From Mobula birostris (Eukaryota): a DNA stretch of 64,000 bases. Position numbers and translations under genes: made by a program. How positions within the stretch are numbered: the stretch's first letter is position 1; each line of letters starts with the position of its first letter. The stretch covers positions 27,253,223 to 27,317,222 of the forward strand of contig NC_092391.1 of NCBI RefSeq assembly GCF_030028105.1. Reading direction: 5' to 3'. Under the pieces are notes generated by a model. The model searched no databases and was not told the origin of the DNA. It was given only the letters and a program-made list of their open reading frames with translations. Below, in pieces: positions 1 through 13,851 of the stretch.

Positions 1-232
1 GGATACACTACACATGGCCACTCAACCCAGTGGTGGGGATACACTCTAGCATCATCAGTGACTGGGGGGAAGAGAAACTCAGCTGACGTTTCAGGCCAGT
101 GGCTTCAAACGTTGACCGTTTCTCTTCCCACAGATGAGACCTCATTGAGTATTTACAGCACTGTCTGGCTCCTTAGGGCCTGTTGCCCTTTTCCATCAAG
201 TGTCCTTGCGTTCCCGTCTGGATAGGGCGCCA

Positions 233-505
233 GGGTCGCGTAGCGGTTGGCGCCACGCTATTAAAGCTCCAGCGCTCCGGAGGTCGGAGTTCAATTTTGT
301 AAGGAATGTCTGTGCGTCCTCCTTGTGGAAAGTGTGGGTTTTCTCCAGGCCCCCGCTTTCCTCCCACCGTCCAATGACGTACCGGGCAGGTGAATTGGTC
401 ATTGTAAATTGTCCTGTGATTAGATTGGGGTTAGCTGGGTTTGTCAGGGGTTGCTGGGGTGGTGCGGCTGGAAGAGCTGTATCTCTAAATAAGTAGATAA
501 AATGA
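233..505 (+). mobile_element. tRNA-derived V-SINE-like element
   Basis: tRNA-like head (GTAGCGGTTGG...GGAGTTCAAT) followed by a V-domain-like GTGTGGGTTTTCTCC...TTTCCTCCCAC. A related copy lies on the - strand at ~49880-50130. Confidence 0.65.
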
Positions 506-2189
506 ACCATCCACACTTCCCCTAGAGAAGTCAGTCTGACTGAGCTGATGTGCCCTTTCATTAGTGAAAACAAATGTTTCTTCAATTGCCTGCAGCCACA
601 ATGATTGGTTCCTACCGAGATCACCACATGCCCACACTCAGGCCGGCCTGAGGCCGTGTCTAATCTCCCACTGCAGGTGGGCGGATTGCCACAGTGTCTA
701 TCTACAGAACTTCCCTATCACAGTGTCCTTACTGACATCTTTTGGAGTCCAGAGTTGGGTAACGTCAGAGCCGCAGGAAAAACTTGCCCTTTGTTCCACT
801 CGGTCCATACTGATCTTCCTGCGTCCAGCCATCAACCCGCACTCATCCTACGTTAGTCCCATTCCGTTCTCCCGGTATTCCCAATCAACCTCACCCCTCT
901 CACTTCTAACTCAAACCTACTCACCGTGGGCCATTTTCACTAGCCAGTTAACAAAAAAGCACACACATCACTGGATCATAAATCTGACCTCTGAATGTTT
1001 TATATTGTGGCAACGGGGAAAACTATTCTCACTTATTGATGGGATTAACAAAATGACTTTTATATATTGCACAAACACAAAATGCCGGAGGAACTCAGCA
1101 CCTATCACCTGCCATCTTGTACTCCTTCCCCTCCCCCACCTTCTTATTCTGGCTTCTTCCCCTGGTTTTCCAACCCTGATTGACAGTCTCAGCCCAAAAT
1201 TGTTTATTTCCCTCCATAGATTCTGCCTGGCCTGCTGAGTTCGTCCAACACTTTTTTTTGTCTGTAGTTCTATGTATTGCACATCACGATAATAGGTGAA
1301 CCCTGCTCTTCAGCAGTCAACACACACACCCTGCTTCACCCCATTTCTGGCTGAGGTTGTATCCTCATTTGGCCAATCATCCGGCTTCCAGTGACCCGGG
1401 CCAGGTCTAATCTGATTCCCCTAGGTGCTCGTCTTTCCTGGGTTGGGGAAGGACCTTTATCTTGACTTCTTTCTTAGGGGATCAAGTTGATCTGGATCTC
1501 TTGGAGAGCCATCACTCTCGTTGTATCTACTGCCCCTAGAGGAGAGAGCCTGCCAGTCTTTGTCACATTGTGAGCAGCTGTTCACAGCACCAGCTGGGCC
1601 ATCCTGAACGTCAGGGCCACGAATTTGTGCCTCACGCCCTTATTGGAGATTATTTATTGTCATTCTTCAGCGCACAAGTGTAAAGGAGAGCGGTTATTAT
1701 TTTCTCAAGATCTGATGCCACATTAAAAATCACAAGCATAAAGTACACAATAATAAAAAAACACAATAAATAGAAATGCATAAGATTAGATTTTATACAT
1801 AGTCTGATTGTATGTACAGTACATAAAGTGACACTCGATACAGGAGTATCTGTGCACGAAGAGACTGACAGGAGATGGTAAACTAGTAGTTGTTGTGGGT
1901 GGGTTAATGGGTGGGGGTGTTGATCACAGCAAGTAACTGCTTTTGAGTCTGGTGGTCCTGGCATTGACGTTCTGCAGTCTCCTCCCTCACGGGAGTGGGA
2001 GAAACAGTCCACGAGCTGGGTGTATGAGAACCTTCATGATATCGCCGGCCTTTTCCAGCTCCTTTTTGTGTATCTGTCCTTAGTGGCAGGTAGGCTGGGG
2101 CCGGTGTTAAGCACCCGTTGCTGAGCCCTCCTGTCCAGCACAGTGCAGTTTCCATACCACGGTGCGATATGTTAGTATGCTCTCATATA

Positions 2190-3782
2190 CAGGGCCTACA
2201 AAAAGTATTCACCATCCTTGAAAGTTTTCATGTTTTATTGTCTTACATTAAATCACAGTGGATTTAATTTGGCTTTTTATGACACTGATCAACAGCCAAA
2301 AACTTTTGTGTCAAACTGAAAACAGATCTCTACAAAGTGATCTAAATTAATTACAAATATAAAACACAAAATAATTGCATAAGTGTTCACCCCCTACAGT
2401 CAGTATTTAGTAGACGCACCTTTGGCAGCAGTTACAGCCTTGAGCCTATGTGGGTAGGTCTCTATCAGCTTTGCACATCTGGACACTGCAATTTTTACCC
2501 ATTATTCTTTACAAGACTGCTCAAGCCTTGTCAGATTGCATAGGGATCGTGAGCGAACAGCCCTTTTCAAGTCCAGCCACAAATTCTCAATTGGATTGAG
2601 GCCTGGACTCTGACTTGGCCACTCCAGGACATTAAATTTGTTGTTTTTAAGCCACTCCTGTGTAGCTTTGGCTTTATGCTTGGGGTCATTGTCTTGCTGG
2701 AAAACAAATCTTCTCCCGTCGCAGTTCTCTTGCAGGCTGCATCAGGTTATCTCCAGGATTTCCCCGTATTTTGCTGCATTCATTTTACCCTCTACTTTCA
2801 CAAGCCTTCCAGGGCCTGCTGCAGTGAAGCATCCCCACAGCATGATGCAGCCACCACCATGTTCCATGATAGGGATGGTTTGTTTTTGATGACGTGTGGT
2901 GTTTGGCTTACACCATAGTGTTTAGTCTGATGGCCAAAAAGCTCAATTTTGATTTCATCAGACCATAGAACCTACTTCCAGCTGACTTCAGCGTCCCCCA
3001 CATGCTACCTGGCAAACTCTAGCCGAGATTTCATGTGATTCTTTTTCCAACAGTGGTTTTCTCTTTGTCACTCTCCCATAAAGCTACAACTGGTGAAGCA
3101 CCCAGGTAACAGTTGTATGTGCAGTCTCTCCCATCTCAGCCACTGAAGCTTGTAACTCCTCCAGAGCTGTCATAGGGCTCTTGGTGGCCTCCATCACCAG
3201 TCCCCTTCTTGCATGGTCACTCCGTTTTTGAAAACCGTCTGCTCTAGGTAGATTCACAGCCAAGCTATGTTCTTTCCATTTCTTGATTATTGATTTAACT
3301 GTACTCCAAGGAATAGTCAGTGACTTCAAAATTTTCTTGTATCCATCTCCTGACTTGTGCTTTTCAATAACCTTTTTGTGGAGTTGCTTGGAATGTTCTT
3401 TTGTCTTTCTGGTGTCGTTTTTGCCAGGATACTGACTCACCAGCAGTTGGACCTTACAGATACAAGTGTATTTTTACCACAATCAATTGAAACACCTTGA
3501 CTACACATGGTGATTTCCATTTAACCAATTATGTGCTTCTAAAACCAATTAGCACCACCTGTGATGATTTGGTGTGTCATATTATCAATTATTTTGTGTT
3601 CTATATTTGTAATTAATTTAGATCACTTTATAGAGATCTGTTTTCACTTTGACATGAGTCTTTTTCTGTTGATCAGTGTCAAAAAAGGCCAAATTAAATC
3701 CATTGTGATTCAATGTTGTAAGACAATAAAATAAGAAAACTTCCGGGGCCAGGGGTGCTGTGTATACTTTTTATACGCACTG
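2190..3782 (-). mobile_element. Tc1-like DNA transposon with long TIRs, degenerate transposase
   Basis: About 200-bp inverted ends (CAGGGCCTACAAAAAGTATTC... / ...TACTTTTTATACGCACTG). Minus-strand ORF 3084-3440 encodes a Tc1 N-terminus (KTKEHSKQLHKKVIEKHKSGDGYKKI...WSTVKSIIKKWKE); the rest is frameshifted. Confidence 0.9.
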
Positions 3783-4132
3783 TGTAATTGAATCCCCTTA
3801 ATTTTACAACATGAGCCCGCACTTTGAAGTAAGCTGGGCTCCTTACTGCATGTGTTGTGGTTATGTTTCATCCAACTTTTTTATCAGGTTACACACCTGA
3901 ATTGCAGATTTCAGTTAATGGTTACACCCCAAATCCTCCCCTTTTATGTCGTTACTGTTCCTGAAATCATTACCTGTGGCATCTGAAGCAGTTCCAGGGT
4001 CCTGTCCTCCCTGTGACCTCTCTGGTCAATTACCCTTCCCACAGGGCCCACTGATTATTGCCACAGCATCCCCGACTCGTCACCAGCAGAGTCCTGTCCT
4101 CCCTGTGACCTCTCTGGTCAATTACCCCTCCT

Positions 4133-4635
4133 CAGACATCCCATCTCTCCCGGAATTTCTGGGAGTCTCCCGCATATTAATAGTGGCTCCCTGATGCCCG
4201 CAAATTATATACAATATTACAGAAATCAACTTTTTTGAGAGCAAGCGAGAGAGCGCGAGAGCGACCACGAGAGAGAGAGAGAGCGAGTGAGAACACGCCA
4301 TGGCAGAGTGTACCAAAAAAATATAAAACGTACGTCACCCCAGACTACACTAAAGTGTATCCCTGTCTAATAGGGGTCAAAATAATGACAGTGTTGCTCG
4401 CTGCACTGTTTGCAAGTGATTTTTCTATTGCCCATGGTGGGTTAAGACTGCAAAAGACATGTTGAGGTGAGGTTAACAGGAGTCATTCATTCATTAGCAT
4501 AGCTAATGTTATTTAAACTAGCTGGCTGGCTGCTAAGGAGCTACTCGATTGCAGACATCCCACCTCTCCCGGAAGTCTCCTGCAAATTGATGGTGCTACC
4601 TCCCTGAAATGAGTTTTTGCAGGGTGGGATGTCTG
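4133..4635. mobile_element. Non-autonomous TIR element (MITE)
   Basis: TIRs CAGACATCCCA / TGGGATGTCTG, with an internal repeat of the left end at ~4552. It interrupts the second copy of a ~90-bp tandem duplication. Confidence 0.75.
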
Positions 4636-4804
4636 CTTCCTACAGGGCCCACTGATTCCTGCTGCAGCTTCCCCGACTTGTCACCAGCACAAATACAGCA
4701 TGTGTCCACGTCACTCCTCTCATGGCTCTGTAGGATACTGACCGGTGGTGGCGGTGGGTGTGGTCTCTCGTTGCAGGTTCGTGGTCTCACCTGCACTCCC
4801 TTCC

Positions 4805-5210
4805 CTTTCACACACCCAAACACATAACTTTGCACCAACACACTCCCACAACCACATTTACACTGATACACACTCACACACACACACACCTACACACACT
4901 TGTATGCACACACAGATGCATAGTCTCACACATACCTGCAAAGATGCATGAACTTATGTACAGAGCACAGACACATACAGTACATACCAACATACACTCA
5001 TAACACCCTAAAATATACACACGTATACGCTCATAGATACACCCACAAAACATATATATTCAAACACATACACAAAATCTTAGTCACATAGACAGTTCAC
5101 ATAAAAAACATTCAAATATAATCACAAACACATTCACAGTCACACATGAGCACATCTATAAACACACATTCGCATACAATATATGCACATACTCTCACAC
5201 ACACACAGAT
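4805..5210. repeat. Degenerate (CA)n-rich low-complexity tract
   Basis: Imperfect CA/TA dinucleotide runs. Confidence 0.8.
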
Positions 5211-5676
5211 GGGCCAGAAGGGCAGACGTTTACCTTCAACAGAATCCAGAATACAGTAATTCAGCCACTTGGAGGCGATGACAAACATTTCTCCATCCAG
5301 TGCCCTGGTGATCCGAAATTCCCTCCACCAGAGTCCGTTGCAGCCGCGAGTGAATGCAAGGCTGAAAGAGTGCCAGGTCAGTACGACAGAGTATAGGAAA
5401 CAAATGCCAGCGGGGTGGAGTACGGATTCAGATTCTAAAGCAAGGGTTGACAGTTTCGAGGGGTGAATAGCCTCCTCTCCAGTGTTCAACTCCAGCCACA
5501 GGCTGCCACAAGGGCAGAAGCCCAGGGACAACATGCAGCCTGAGAGGAGGGCAGGCAGAGAGCATGGGCTGCAAGGATTACCATCTTCAGTAATGGTGTT
5601 ATGACAAATGGATATTAATATCTTTATAAGTGATAATCAAATGAAACGTATTTCTTTGTTGATCAACAATATATAG

Positions 5677-5755
5677 ATCCCGACCAATTAATCCGATATA
5701 TCGAACAACCAACCAGGTTTATGGGAGTCAGCGGCCAACTGTCCATGAAATGCCG
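5677..5755 (+). CDS. PIERCE1: PIERCE1 (C9orf116) penultimate coding exon
   Basis: AG|A...CCG|GTAAG, 79 nt. Encodes [26 protein letters not shown], matching the PIERCE1 YRTSNQAYGSRAPTVHEMP motif. Exon 1 was not found in the window. Confidence 0.85.
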
Positions 5756-6223
5756 GTAAGAATGATTTCCGAAATCAGCTGGTTTACTGTGATATCTGCC
5801 ACTGTTTTAATAACTTGCTGCAATCAACTGTCCAAATTCTGGTTCATTATTTCATAATTTATAGGATGTCCCCCAGTGAGGGCCAGTGTGTGTGGGACCC
5901 ATCCCCCAGTGAGGGTCACAGTGTGTGGACCCCTCTCCCAATCGAATATTTATTCATGGAATCCGAAGTTCAGTGACAATTAGACACAGCGAGAAACACG
6001 TTTCTCACTGAGACTCGCCACCAGAAGAACCTGTACCCAGATAAGGGTCAGTGTGCATAAAACCCAGTTATTATTTTTCCTCAGTTAAGTTTCCAAAAGA
6101 GGTAAAATCAGTCCTATCCTGACGATCTAATTGTGATGTTAGGGTCTGCTGATGGAATTGAGAGTGGTGCTGGGTTCTGTCTCTTCCCTTAGACTCATCC
6201 CTTCTCATCTCTTTTTATTCCAG

Positions 6224-6412
6224 ACCAGCTACTTTTCAGTATCTCGTAAGCTTTCTAATCACTTAAGTAAATGTGGAATGTACAGAGACAATGGATTCAA
6301 TGTGGGCCTGGAGAAGTCCCTGGTCACTGGGCCAGACAACCTCATTCGGTTCCAGGACCGTCTGAACTTCCACCGCTCCTACTTTCATGCTGGCCCATCC
6401 GACACGGAATAG
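6224..6412 (+). CDS. PIERCE1: PIERCE1 (C9orf116) terminal coding exon
   Basis: Polypyrimidine tract + CAG acceptor, in frame with the previous exon. TSYFSVSRKLSNHLSKCGMYRDNGFNVGLEKSLVTGPDNLIRFQDRLNFHRSY...* matches the PIERCE1 C-terminus. ATTAAA at 6513-6518. Confidence 0.88.
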   Translation, partial: TSYFSVSRKLSNHLSKCGMYRDNGFNVGLEKSLVTGPDNLIRFQDRLNFHRSYFHAGPSDTE

Positions 6413-6734
6413 TGGATGTGATTTCCTCGTGCTCACTCCACTCCTTACAGCAGTCAGCTGCATTTTCTTTGTATGTCCCTTACACAACAGTGTAATAATT
6501 TAAATCTGTTCTATTAAAAAGGATTTGTACAAGTATAAAATGGTCCTTTATATTGGAACCCGTGCTTAGTGAACAACATTCACCCATACCCCATGACTTA
6601 GCTTGTGATTTCAAGATCTGGTCCAGAGACTTGAACGCTTAATTCGGGCCAACACTTCTACTGGATTATAGAGGAGACCTGCCTTACGAGGGGCTGTCAG
6701 TGCTGCACAACACTGCAGGGTAGATGTCGTACTG

Positions 6735-6916
6735 GGCCAGCTGGCGGTGTAGTGGCATCAGCACTGGACTTTGAGACGGATATACCTGACCGGGTCCCAA
6801 CCTGGGCAGGCAGCAGTGTCTGCGCGGAAGAAAGGCCTGGCAATCTACTAAAGTATCTTGGACAACTACACTATCCATAGGGTCAGCATGAGTCAACGGC
6901 ACTCAACAAAAACAAC
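6735..6916 (+). mobile_element. Short tRNA-head SINE with RTE-like 3' tail
   Basis: Head GCCAGCTGGCGGTGTAGTGG; tail CCATAGGGTCAGCATGAGTC...ACTCAACAAAAACAAC resembling RTE 3' ends. Confidence 0.5.
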
Positions 6917-7221
6917 TGAAGGGGTACTGCAGAAGAAATGCTTCTTAGTTAGAAAGACAGGACCGAGGGAGTACTGCAGGGTTTATGGTGTCTTCCGCCC
7001 CCCCCCCCCCCGATAAGACTAATTTACAACCTTTCTTCATTAAAATTTTCCCTTTTCTATACTATTTAATAATTTCTGCCCTTAACTTTTTTTTGTCATC
7101 TCAGACTGTCTATTCAGCTCGTTGGCCATTGCAATTCCCAGTTTAAGCAGCAGGTGGGTGAGGAGAGGGGCCAAGGTGAGTGACATCAACTAAAATGGGC
7201 CGAACAGTCAAGCCTCTAGAT

Positions 7222-7301
7222 CAGAGGTCCCCAACCCTTTTTCTGCCAAGGACCAATATCATTAAGCAAAGGGTCCATGGTCTCCAAGTTGGAAACCCCT
7301 G
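7222..7301. mobile_element. 80-bp hAT/Charlie-type MITE
   Basis: TIR CAGAGGTCCCCAAC / GTTGGAAACCCCTG; 8-bp TSD CTCTAGAT/CTCTAGAC. Confidence 0.8.
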
Positions 7302-9075
7302 CTCTAGACCATCTATCCCCAAATTAACTTAAAACAAGATGATCCGATGTACAGGGGACACTGGAGAGTCTGGCATTTATCACCCACCCAAAGGTGGTGG
7401 TTTGAGTTCTTTATAACCTGCCAGCAGCTTTCTGACTGAGTTCAGAGCAGAAGAATAAAATTAGAAATAAAAGAGCAACACTTTAGGTTTCCACCCTAAA
7501 GGGACAACTGAACCAGTTGGAATTTGCATTCATGTTACTGTTATGGTCACTTTTATGATAACAGCTTTTTATTCTCAAATTATTGTTCTGCGATTTAATG
7601 TCAGAATCAAGATCATCAATTAAGGCTGGATACTTACACAAGTGGTTACAGGCACAACTCAGCAAGAGATCATTACTTCCCCATGATTCTGTTAGTGCTA
7701 ATCGCAAGCAGTTAAGCATCAGCCAATATGTTTAATGTAGCCTTGTTGTGCAACTGAAGTTTAACTTGTTTCCAATCAGACTGGAACTACAATAAGTGTT
7801 TCTCTCACTTTCAATGGTACAAAGGTCATGGGACATCCTTTATGTTCTTCTTCCCAGTATGTCCCATGTTTGAAATCAGATGACCTTCACAAAATGCAAG
7901 TTTTCAATATCTTTCAGTGTATGAGGCAATCATCAAACCATCATTTTGTACGCAGGCTATCAGGGGACAGGAGTAAAATCGCTACTTGTTTCCCTCCACC
8001 TCATTCCCCCTCCCCAGGTCCGGTGAAACCTTGGCCGAGATCCATCACTGCTAAGGACAGGCTAATACACATCACCACTTTTTAATCTTATAAGGCATAG
8101 ACTTCACAATCACTTGTCACACCTTGAGTGAGAATCTATGGGACAAAAAAAAACACAGAACAACTGCCTCCAGTTGAAATTTACTAACAAATTCAAAAAC
8201 TACACAGTGTCATTTTGCTGTAAGTTCTTCAGGAATGGTAATACTTTTATTGCGTAAACACTATGACTGTACCAAGTAATACTGTTGAGGATTACAGTGA
8301 GGTTTCAGCTTCAGGCAGTGTTGCACAAAGTCACTTTCACATCAAGATTTTGCTAACACTTTAACTACTTGTTGTTCTCTTGAGGTCAAACAGTTTGAAA
8401 TTAAAAATATATGAAGTTTCCTACCTTGAATTTTCCTGTTTGATTTGGATGTTCGCCCAGATTAGAACTCACAAGCAACTAAATGAACATGTTGCCATTA
8501 CATTTACAAACCACATGTCAGACAATGCCGTGAGTTCCAAGTTACTGACCCAATAATGGAGAAAATCAGCCACTTAACCAAACAGCAGGCAAAAGAACGT
8601 ATCCCTTTCAAAAAGAGGTGAAAATGAACAATAAGTTGATCAGCGTCAGAAAGAAAAAAGATTTCGGATGGGCTTGGGGCGGTGAAGAGAGAAGCTGGCC
8701 TTTGATCAATGACCAGCCAGCTTTACCAACTTTCCTGCCCTTGTTTTGTTCGCTTTAAATGGGAGAGACCCGGATCAAAAAAAAAAGGCAGGTAAATCAC
8801 CATGAGCAACCCTGTGCCAGTGCCGTAAGACCAGTTTCACCCCATCCACAAATCCATCTTTCTCCTTCTAATTCCACTGCAGCAACCTCAATTTCCTAGG
8901 AGTCCTTTTTCCATTGACTTGTTTGCCTGGTCAGCAGCATCTCGTAAACAGTGTTAGAGGAGGCATGGCGCTTTTGAATGCATGTTGTGAAACGTTCTCG
9001 TCTGTGTTACTGCTCTATTCCAGCAGCTTTGTTCGTTGCGGACATGGCAGCTCAGTCCAAGATCTCTGCTGCCCG

Positions 9076-9295
9076 TCAGACAGGATCCGGGGTGCCCGCT
9101 CTGTGGCCGTTCACCTGCGGTTGCAAGGCTGTAGTGCTCAGCGTTGCTCCAGTGTTAGCTTCTCCAGGGGCCACCACCGAGGCAGAGGACACGATTTCCA
9201 TCGCCATCTCCTCTTCAGCTGTGGCTGCCCCCTCTTCCTCCCGTCTCCGGTATGCTTCACAGAGTGGGAGGTCAGCACCATCCCACAGGCTGTAG
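9076..9295 (-). CDS. MED22: MED22 long-isoform terminal exon
   Basis: Pyrimidine tract + AAG acceptor; phase fits the donor at 13861. Encodes (S)YSLWDGADLPLCEAYRR...*, matching the DLPLCEAY motif of the long MED22 isoform. AATAAA (-) at 8246-8251. Confidence 0.88.
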
Positions 9296-10919
9296 CTTGC
9301 CAGGAACAAAGACGGCGTAAGAGAGAAGAGCAACGGATATAAGAATGAATCAAGAGTTATGACCAAAAAATACATAAAAGGGAGTTAGTGACAAAGAAAT
9401 GGAAGAACTTGCATTTCTGTAATGCCTTTCAACAGCTCCGGAACTCCCAAATTACTGAACCACCAACAAAACACTTTTACCAAAACAAGCAGCTACAGTA
9501 GGCCATTTGCCCATTCCACCAGTCAATATAGTCATAGCTGATCACACGAATTCAGTACCCTCTTCCTGCTTTCTCCCTTAACCCCTTCATTTAGTCATCA
9601 GAACTATGTCCAACTCCTTACTGAATACATTTAATAATATGGTATCAACTGAGTATTCAGATTTCCCCACAAGATATTTCTCATCGCGATCCTACAGGAC
9701 GTGATTCCTGCTTCCAGACACCCTGCCGTTGGGAACATCTTTCAGCATCTATGCACTTAGTGTTCAGTAGAGTCCTTCTTACTTTCCTAACCTCTAGCAA
9801 ATACAAGTCAATTTCTCCAATCTCTCTGTGTCAGTCCTGTCACCACAGGATATCCTTGAGCAGCAGCCAGTCCTGGGCATCAGTCTAGTGAACTTTTGCT
9901 GCAGTCCCTGCCCAGCAAGAACGTCCTTCCCCAGACAAGGAGACCACAACTGTACATGGTATGCAAGGTGTGGTCTCACTAAGGTCCTACAGAACTGTTT
10001 GTTTTCTTAACCACCTGCTGCTAATTGCATCCTTACTTTCATCAACTAGCACACACAACACCACCAACACCCACGAGTTTAGTAATAAATACTTAGTAGA
10101 CAGCCAGTTTAAGCCCACAGTGCAATAATGGCCAACCAGCTACTCTATGTTTTGGATTTGTATTGGCCAGGCACCAAGGTCTCTTCACTATTCCTTAAAC
10201 AGTACCATGGGACCTTTTCAAGAGGCTTTCAAGGACTCAGTTAAATAACACAGCCAAAGGAAACCATCCCTGACAATGCAAAACTCCCTCAGTATGTATG
10301 GACTTTGTTTTGCTCACATCTCAGAAGCAAGAGGCTACTCACAGAGCACCAGCTAGGCTTGGGAGGTCTTTGTGCAAGACCAGGTGCACAAACACTCTCG
10401 GTGTCTCTTCACCAATTAAATACAAATTCAAATATTTCCCCGTTCTGCTCTCTCCCTCTGTTCCCTGGCCGTGGACTATGCACTTTGTTCCAAAGTTCTC
10501 TATGCCACCTATCAAGAGCTGTTATCCATATCCTAAGTCACCCTGTTCTGTTCACCTAATGCTCACTGACTTTACCATTCCTCTCTACGTCACTCCAATT
10601 CTGGCTGTCAGTTCAATCCTGATCTAAGTGCTCAGCTATAAACCACTCTCCCTGTTTAACACACCCCTTCAATCTTTTATGGTCAATCCTTTGGTCACCT
10701 ACCCTAAAATCCCCTGTGGTACTGTGTATCATTTGGAAAATCACTTCCTTGCCTGCTTGGGCACGTTTGGTTACATTAAAGGCACCAAATTAATGCAAGT
10801 TCTTCTTGAATAGGGTTCTGTTAGAAAATAAGCTTCAAGACAGCAATCTTCAGAGGTCCCATCAAGCACCCCAGTCATATTAGCATAGGTTAAATAGAAT
10901 GGTAAAGCTCCCTGTATAC

Positions 10920-10999
10920 CAGGAGTTCCCAACCTGGGGCCCAGGGACTCCTTGCTTAATGGTATTGGTCCATGGCATAAAAAAGGTTGGGAACCCCTG
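10920..10999. mobile_element. 80-bp hAT/Charlie-type MITE (reverse copy of 7222-7301 family)
   Basis: TIR CAGGAGTTCCCAACC / GGTTGGGAACCCCTG; interior is reverse-complement similar to the 7222 copy. Confidence 0.75.
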
Positions 11000-13851
11000 C
11001 TCTACAACACAGGGAAGTAACACCCCAATCCCTATTCTGACAAGTTATCAGTTAACACAGTGAAGTCATGGGAGAAACACTGACTGTTCATCAATCTCTG
11101 TGGGTTCGTTTGTCTTTTTAACCATCTCTGCTTCTGCAGAATAACTTGTATGATGAATAACAGTTAAATTTCTGAGGAAATTAAAAGAAACCAACTGACA
11201 GATGGAAGCTTGGTGGAAATTAAATTAGATAAGGAGTGACATTAAATGGACAACACAGAAATTGAAAATCAATGATCTGTATGTTTTAACTTTATTTAAG
11301 TTCTGTATAAGAAGATGAATCTTTAAAATGGGATGCTAGAATATGTAACAAAATTAGCACCCAGTCTAAATTATATATAAATCTTAAAATAAGCACATAC
11401 AGAAATAAAAACAGCTTTCTTTAAAATGTTGGGAACAGTGAACAAGGCACAAAGTTTAAATGACAATTATTAAATGTATTATTCATTTGGACATCACTCA
11501 TTACTGGAAGGAGCAGTTAGTTAGAACCATTACAGACCCCAGTGACAAGTGGCTTTAAAATCTAAGGAACGTGTTTCACTGAAAAAGAATCAGCAATGTG
11601 GTCACATTAATTCTAAAGAGTATGCAAAGATATTTGGGAAGCTTTCATGTGCTCTTTCTCCTGCATGCAGTTCCCAGACTGGCTGGTTATTTCTCCTCCT
11701 CCTTCCCCAAGGGCAAGTTTTCTTTGTGCTGTGGACGAGGGCCAACTACTCTCTGATATCTCACTGTCCCACACGAATTCCAAACAGCCACTCCTTGGGT
11801 TTGATAAAGTCCCAGGGCCATACAGGCACAGAACCAGATTCTTTGGCCCTTAACTTCCACACTGACCACCTATCTGACTGTGGGTAACACTGCAACTCGG
11901 CTAACTGTATGCAAGAAAATGCACACTTTCCAGGAAGGATCAATCATACTAGCAGTCATCAGAAGAAACTGTGATTGACTGCCCCCCACATCTCCTCTCC
12001 AGACAAGGAGCAACCGTGGCAGACCCCATTCCCAGCTCTGACTGAGACTGGTATTTTACAAACACACCACGGATGGAATCCAGATCTGTATAGCTAAGAA
12101 AATATTCTAATCCCAATAGTATTCACCATACAGAACAGAGGTCTTGGGCTCTGGGGGCCAGTCTCTGGATCTCGGTAGAGCAGGCCTTGACCAAATCCTT
12201 ACTCACGTTGCAACAGAATTACTTACTGAGCACAGGGGCTGCATTTGGATAATGGGAAAAGTAGGTGACTCATGCATGGAATATCATGAGATGTACAACT
12301 CAGTCACAATAACATGACATCGTGGGATTCACGCAAGATGTACAAACAACAGTACACCTGGGTAGGCATTGAACATTTGAGTCTCTACAGCTGGATGAAG
12401 ACCAAATATTATGGGGTTTACTATTAAGAAGCCACTTTTGATATGTGAAACACGACATAAACTAGCAATTTACAACAGTTAAGTAGGCAATTGGCAGAGC
12501 TGATATGAGATATATAAGGAAATACTATGGAACAAAGTGGGTTCACTGTAACAGCAATGCTGGTATTAGTATTATTTCACTGTGGAAATGAGAGGCTCTG
12601 AATTACTCAATGCTTCAATTTAACAGTTGCAACTTGTAGCTTACAAAGAATATGAAAATATAAATTTATATTATATAAAATTTCGCTGCAGCGATCTTTA
12701 TATACAACATATTTTGCGACGTGAGTTAAATCAAATGCCCTTTAACATACTACTTGTGGGGAAAAAAGGATGTAACTGTCCTATTTTTTATGATCAAAAA
12801 GTCATTCTACAGCAAACAAATATAGGATTACATCCCTCCCCTAAAAACATGAAATTTGTGTCATACACAGTGTGACTTCTAAATTGTGACAAACAAGGGG
12901 TAGTGCATACATGAAATGTATAAGATTATATTTTTGGAGAAATATATAGAATTCCAGTTTATGTTTTATAAAATTATAAAATTTCTCATATTTTCATTGC
13001 ATAGAACAGGACACCAATATCCATCATTTAAAAATGATTGTCAAACATAAAAGAAGCATTTTTCCCACCTTACATAAAAAGGTACAATATACTCTAACTT
13101 TCAATGCCTTCTGCACAGGGAAAAGCAAACTCCTCTAACAGGCGCTGAAGCAGAGGGAGCTTCTTCAAAACTGCATGAGGGAATGTTTTAGTGACCCTCC
13201 TTGAATATTTGACGATGGATTGGCAAACACCTTTAAGGAGGCCATTTGCACCCCACAGTTCCCCCACAAAGGATTATTGTTTCGTAAGGCATTGTGGAAG
13301 GGAGCTAGGGTGCAGAATAAACTACATTTACTTACCATGTGTTTCAGTGAAATGTCAGCAATTTGTTTAACATCAGAGTTGAGACGAAGAGAAACCGTGA
13401 AAAACACAACTGTTTTCCCTATCCCTGCATGCAAGTCTCTATGAAAGGCTAGTAAGCACTGACTGGTCAGGTTGTAAAAGCAGCTATTGTGTTAGACCAA
13501 AACTGTGGTCAGTAGGTGATCGTGTACTGTAAAGGTGCTTCAAACCAGAACACAAACTATCTTCAAAAGAACAATTTCCATTTCTAGTGCATTACACAAG
13601 GATATCTATAATAAGCAGCATTATGAAAACAGTTTAAGCAGAAACCCCTTCTCATCTCAATGAAATACCCTGGTGCAATGGAATCAGTACAAGAACCTCA
13701 GCTTGTTAAACATGGCAATAGAAGAATATTATGTTGTGGGATTAAAAAAGTCTAACATTCTGAGAAGGTGAAACTGGTTACACTGTGGAGTATGTCAGAA
13801 CCCGTCGTGGCTGTTCAGACATGTTTGAGGCTGAGGAAGGGCAGTCCCGTG

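Noticed and set aside
564-1238. 224-aa ORF
   Set aside because: Non-ATG start, runs through repeat fragments, no recognisable homology
1-5676. PIERCE1 exon 1
   Set aside because: No LPxRFxNPxWFxGY-like exon recognised; probably upstream of the window
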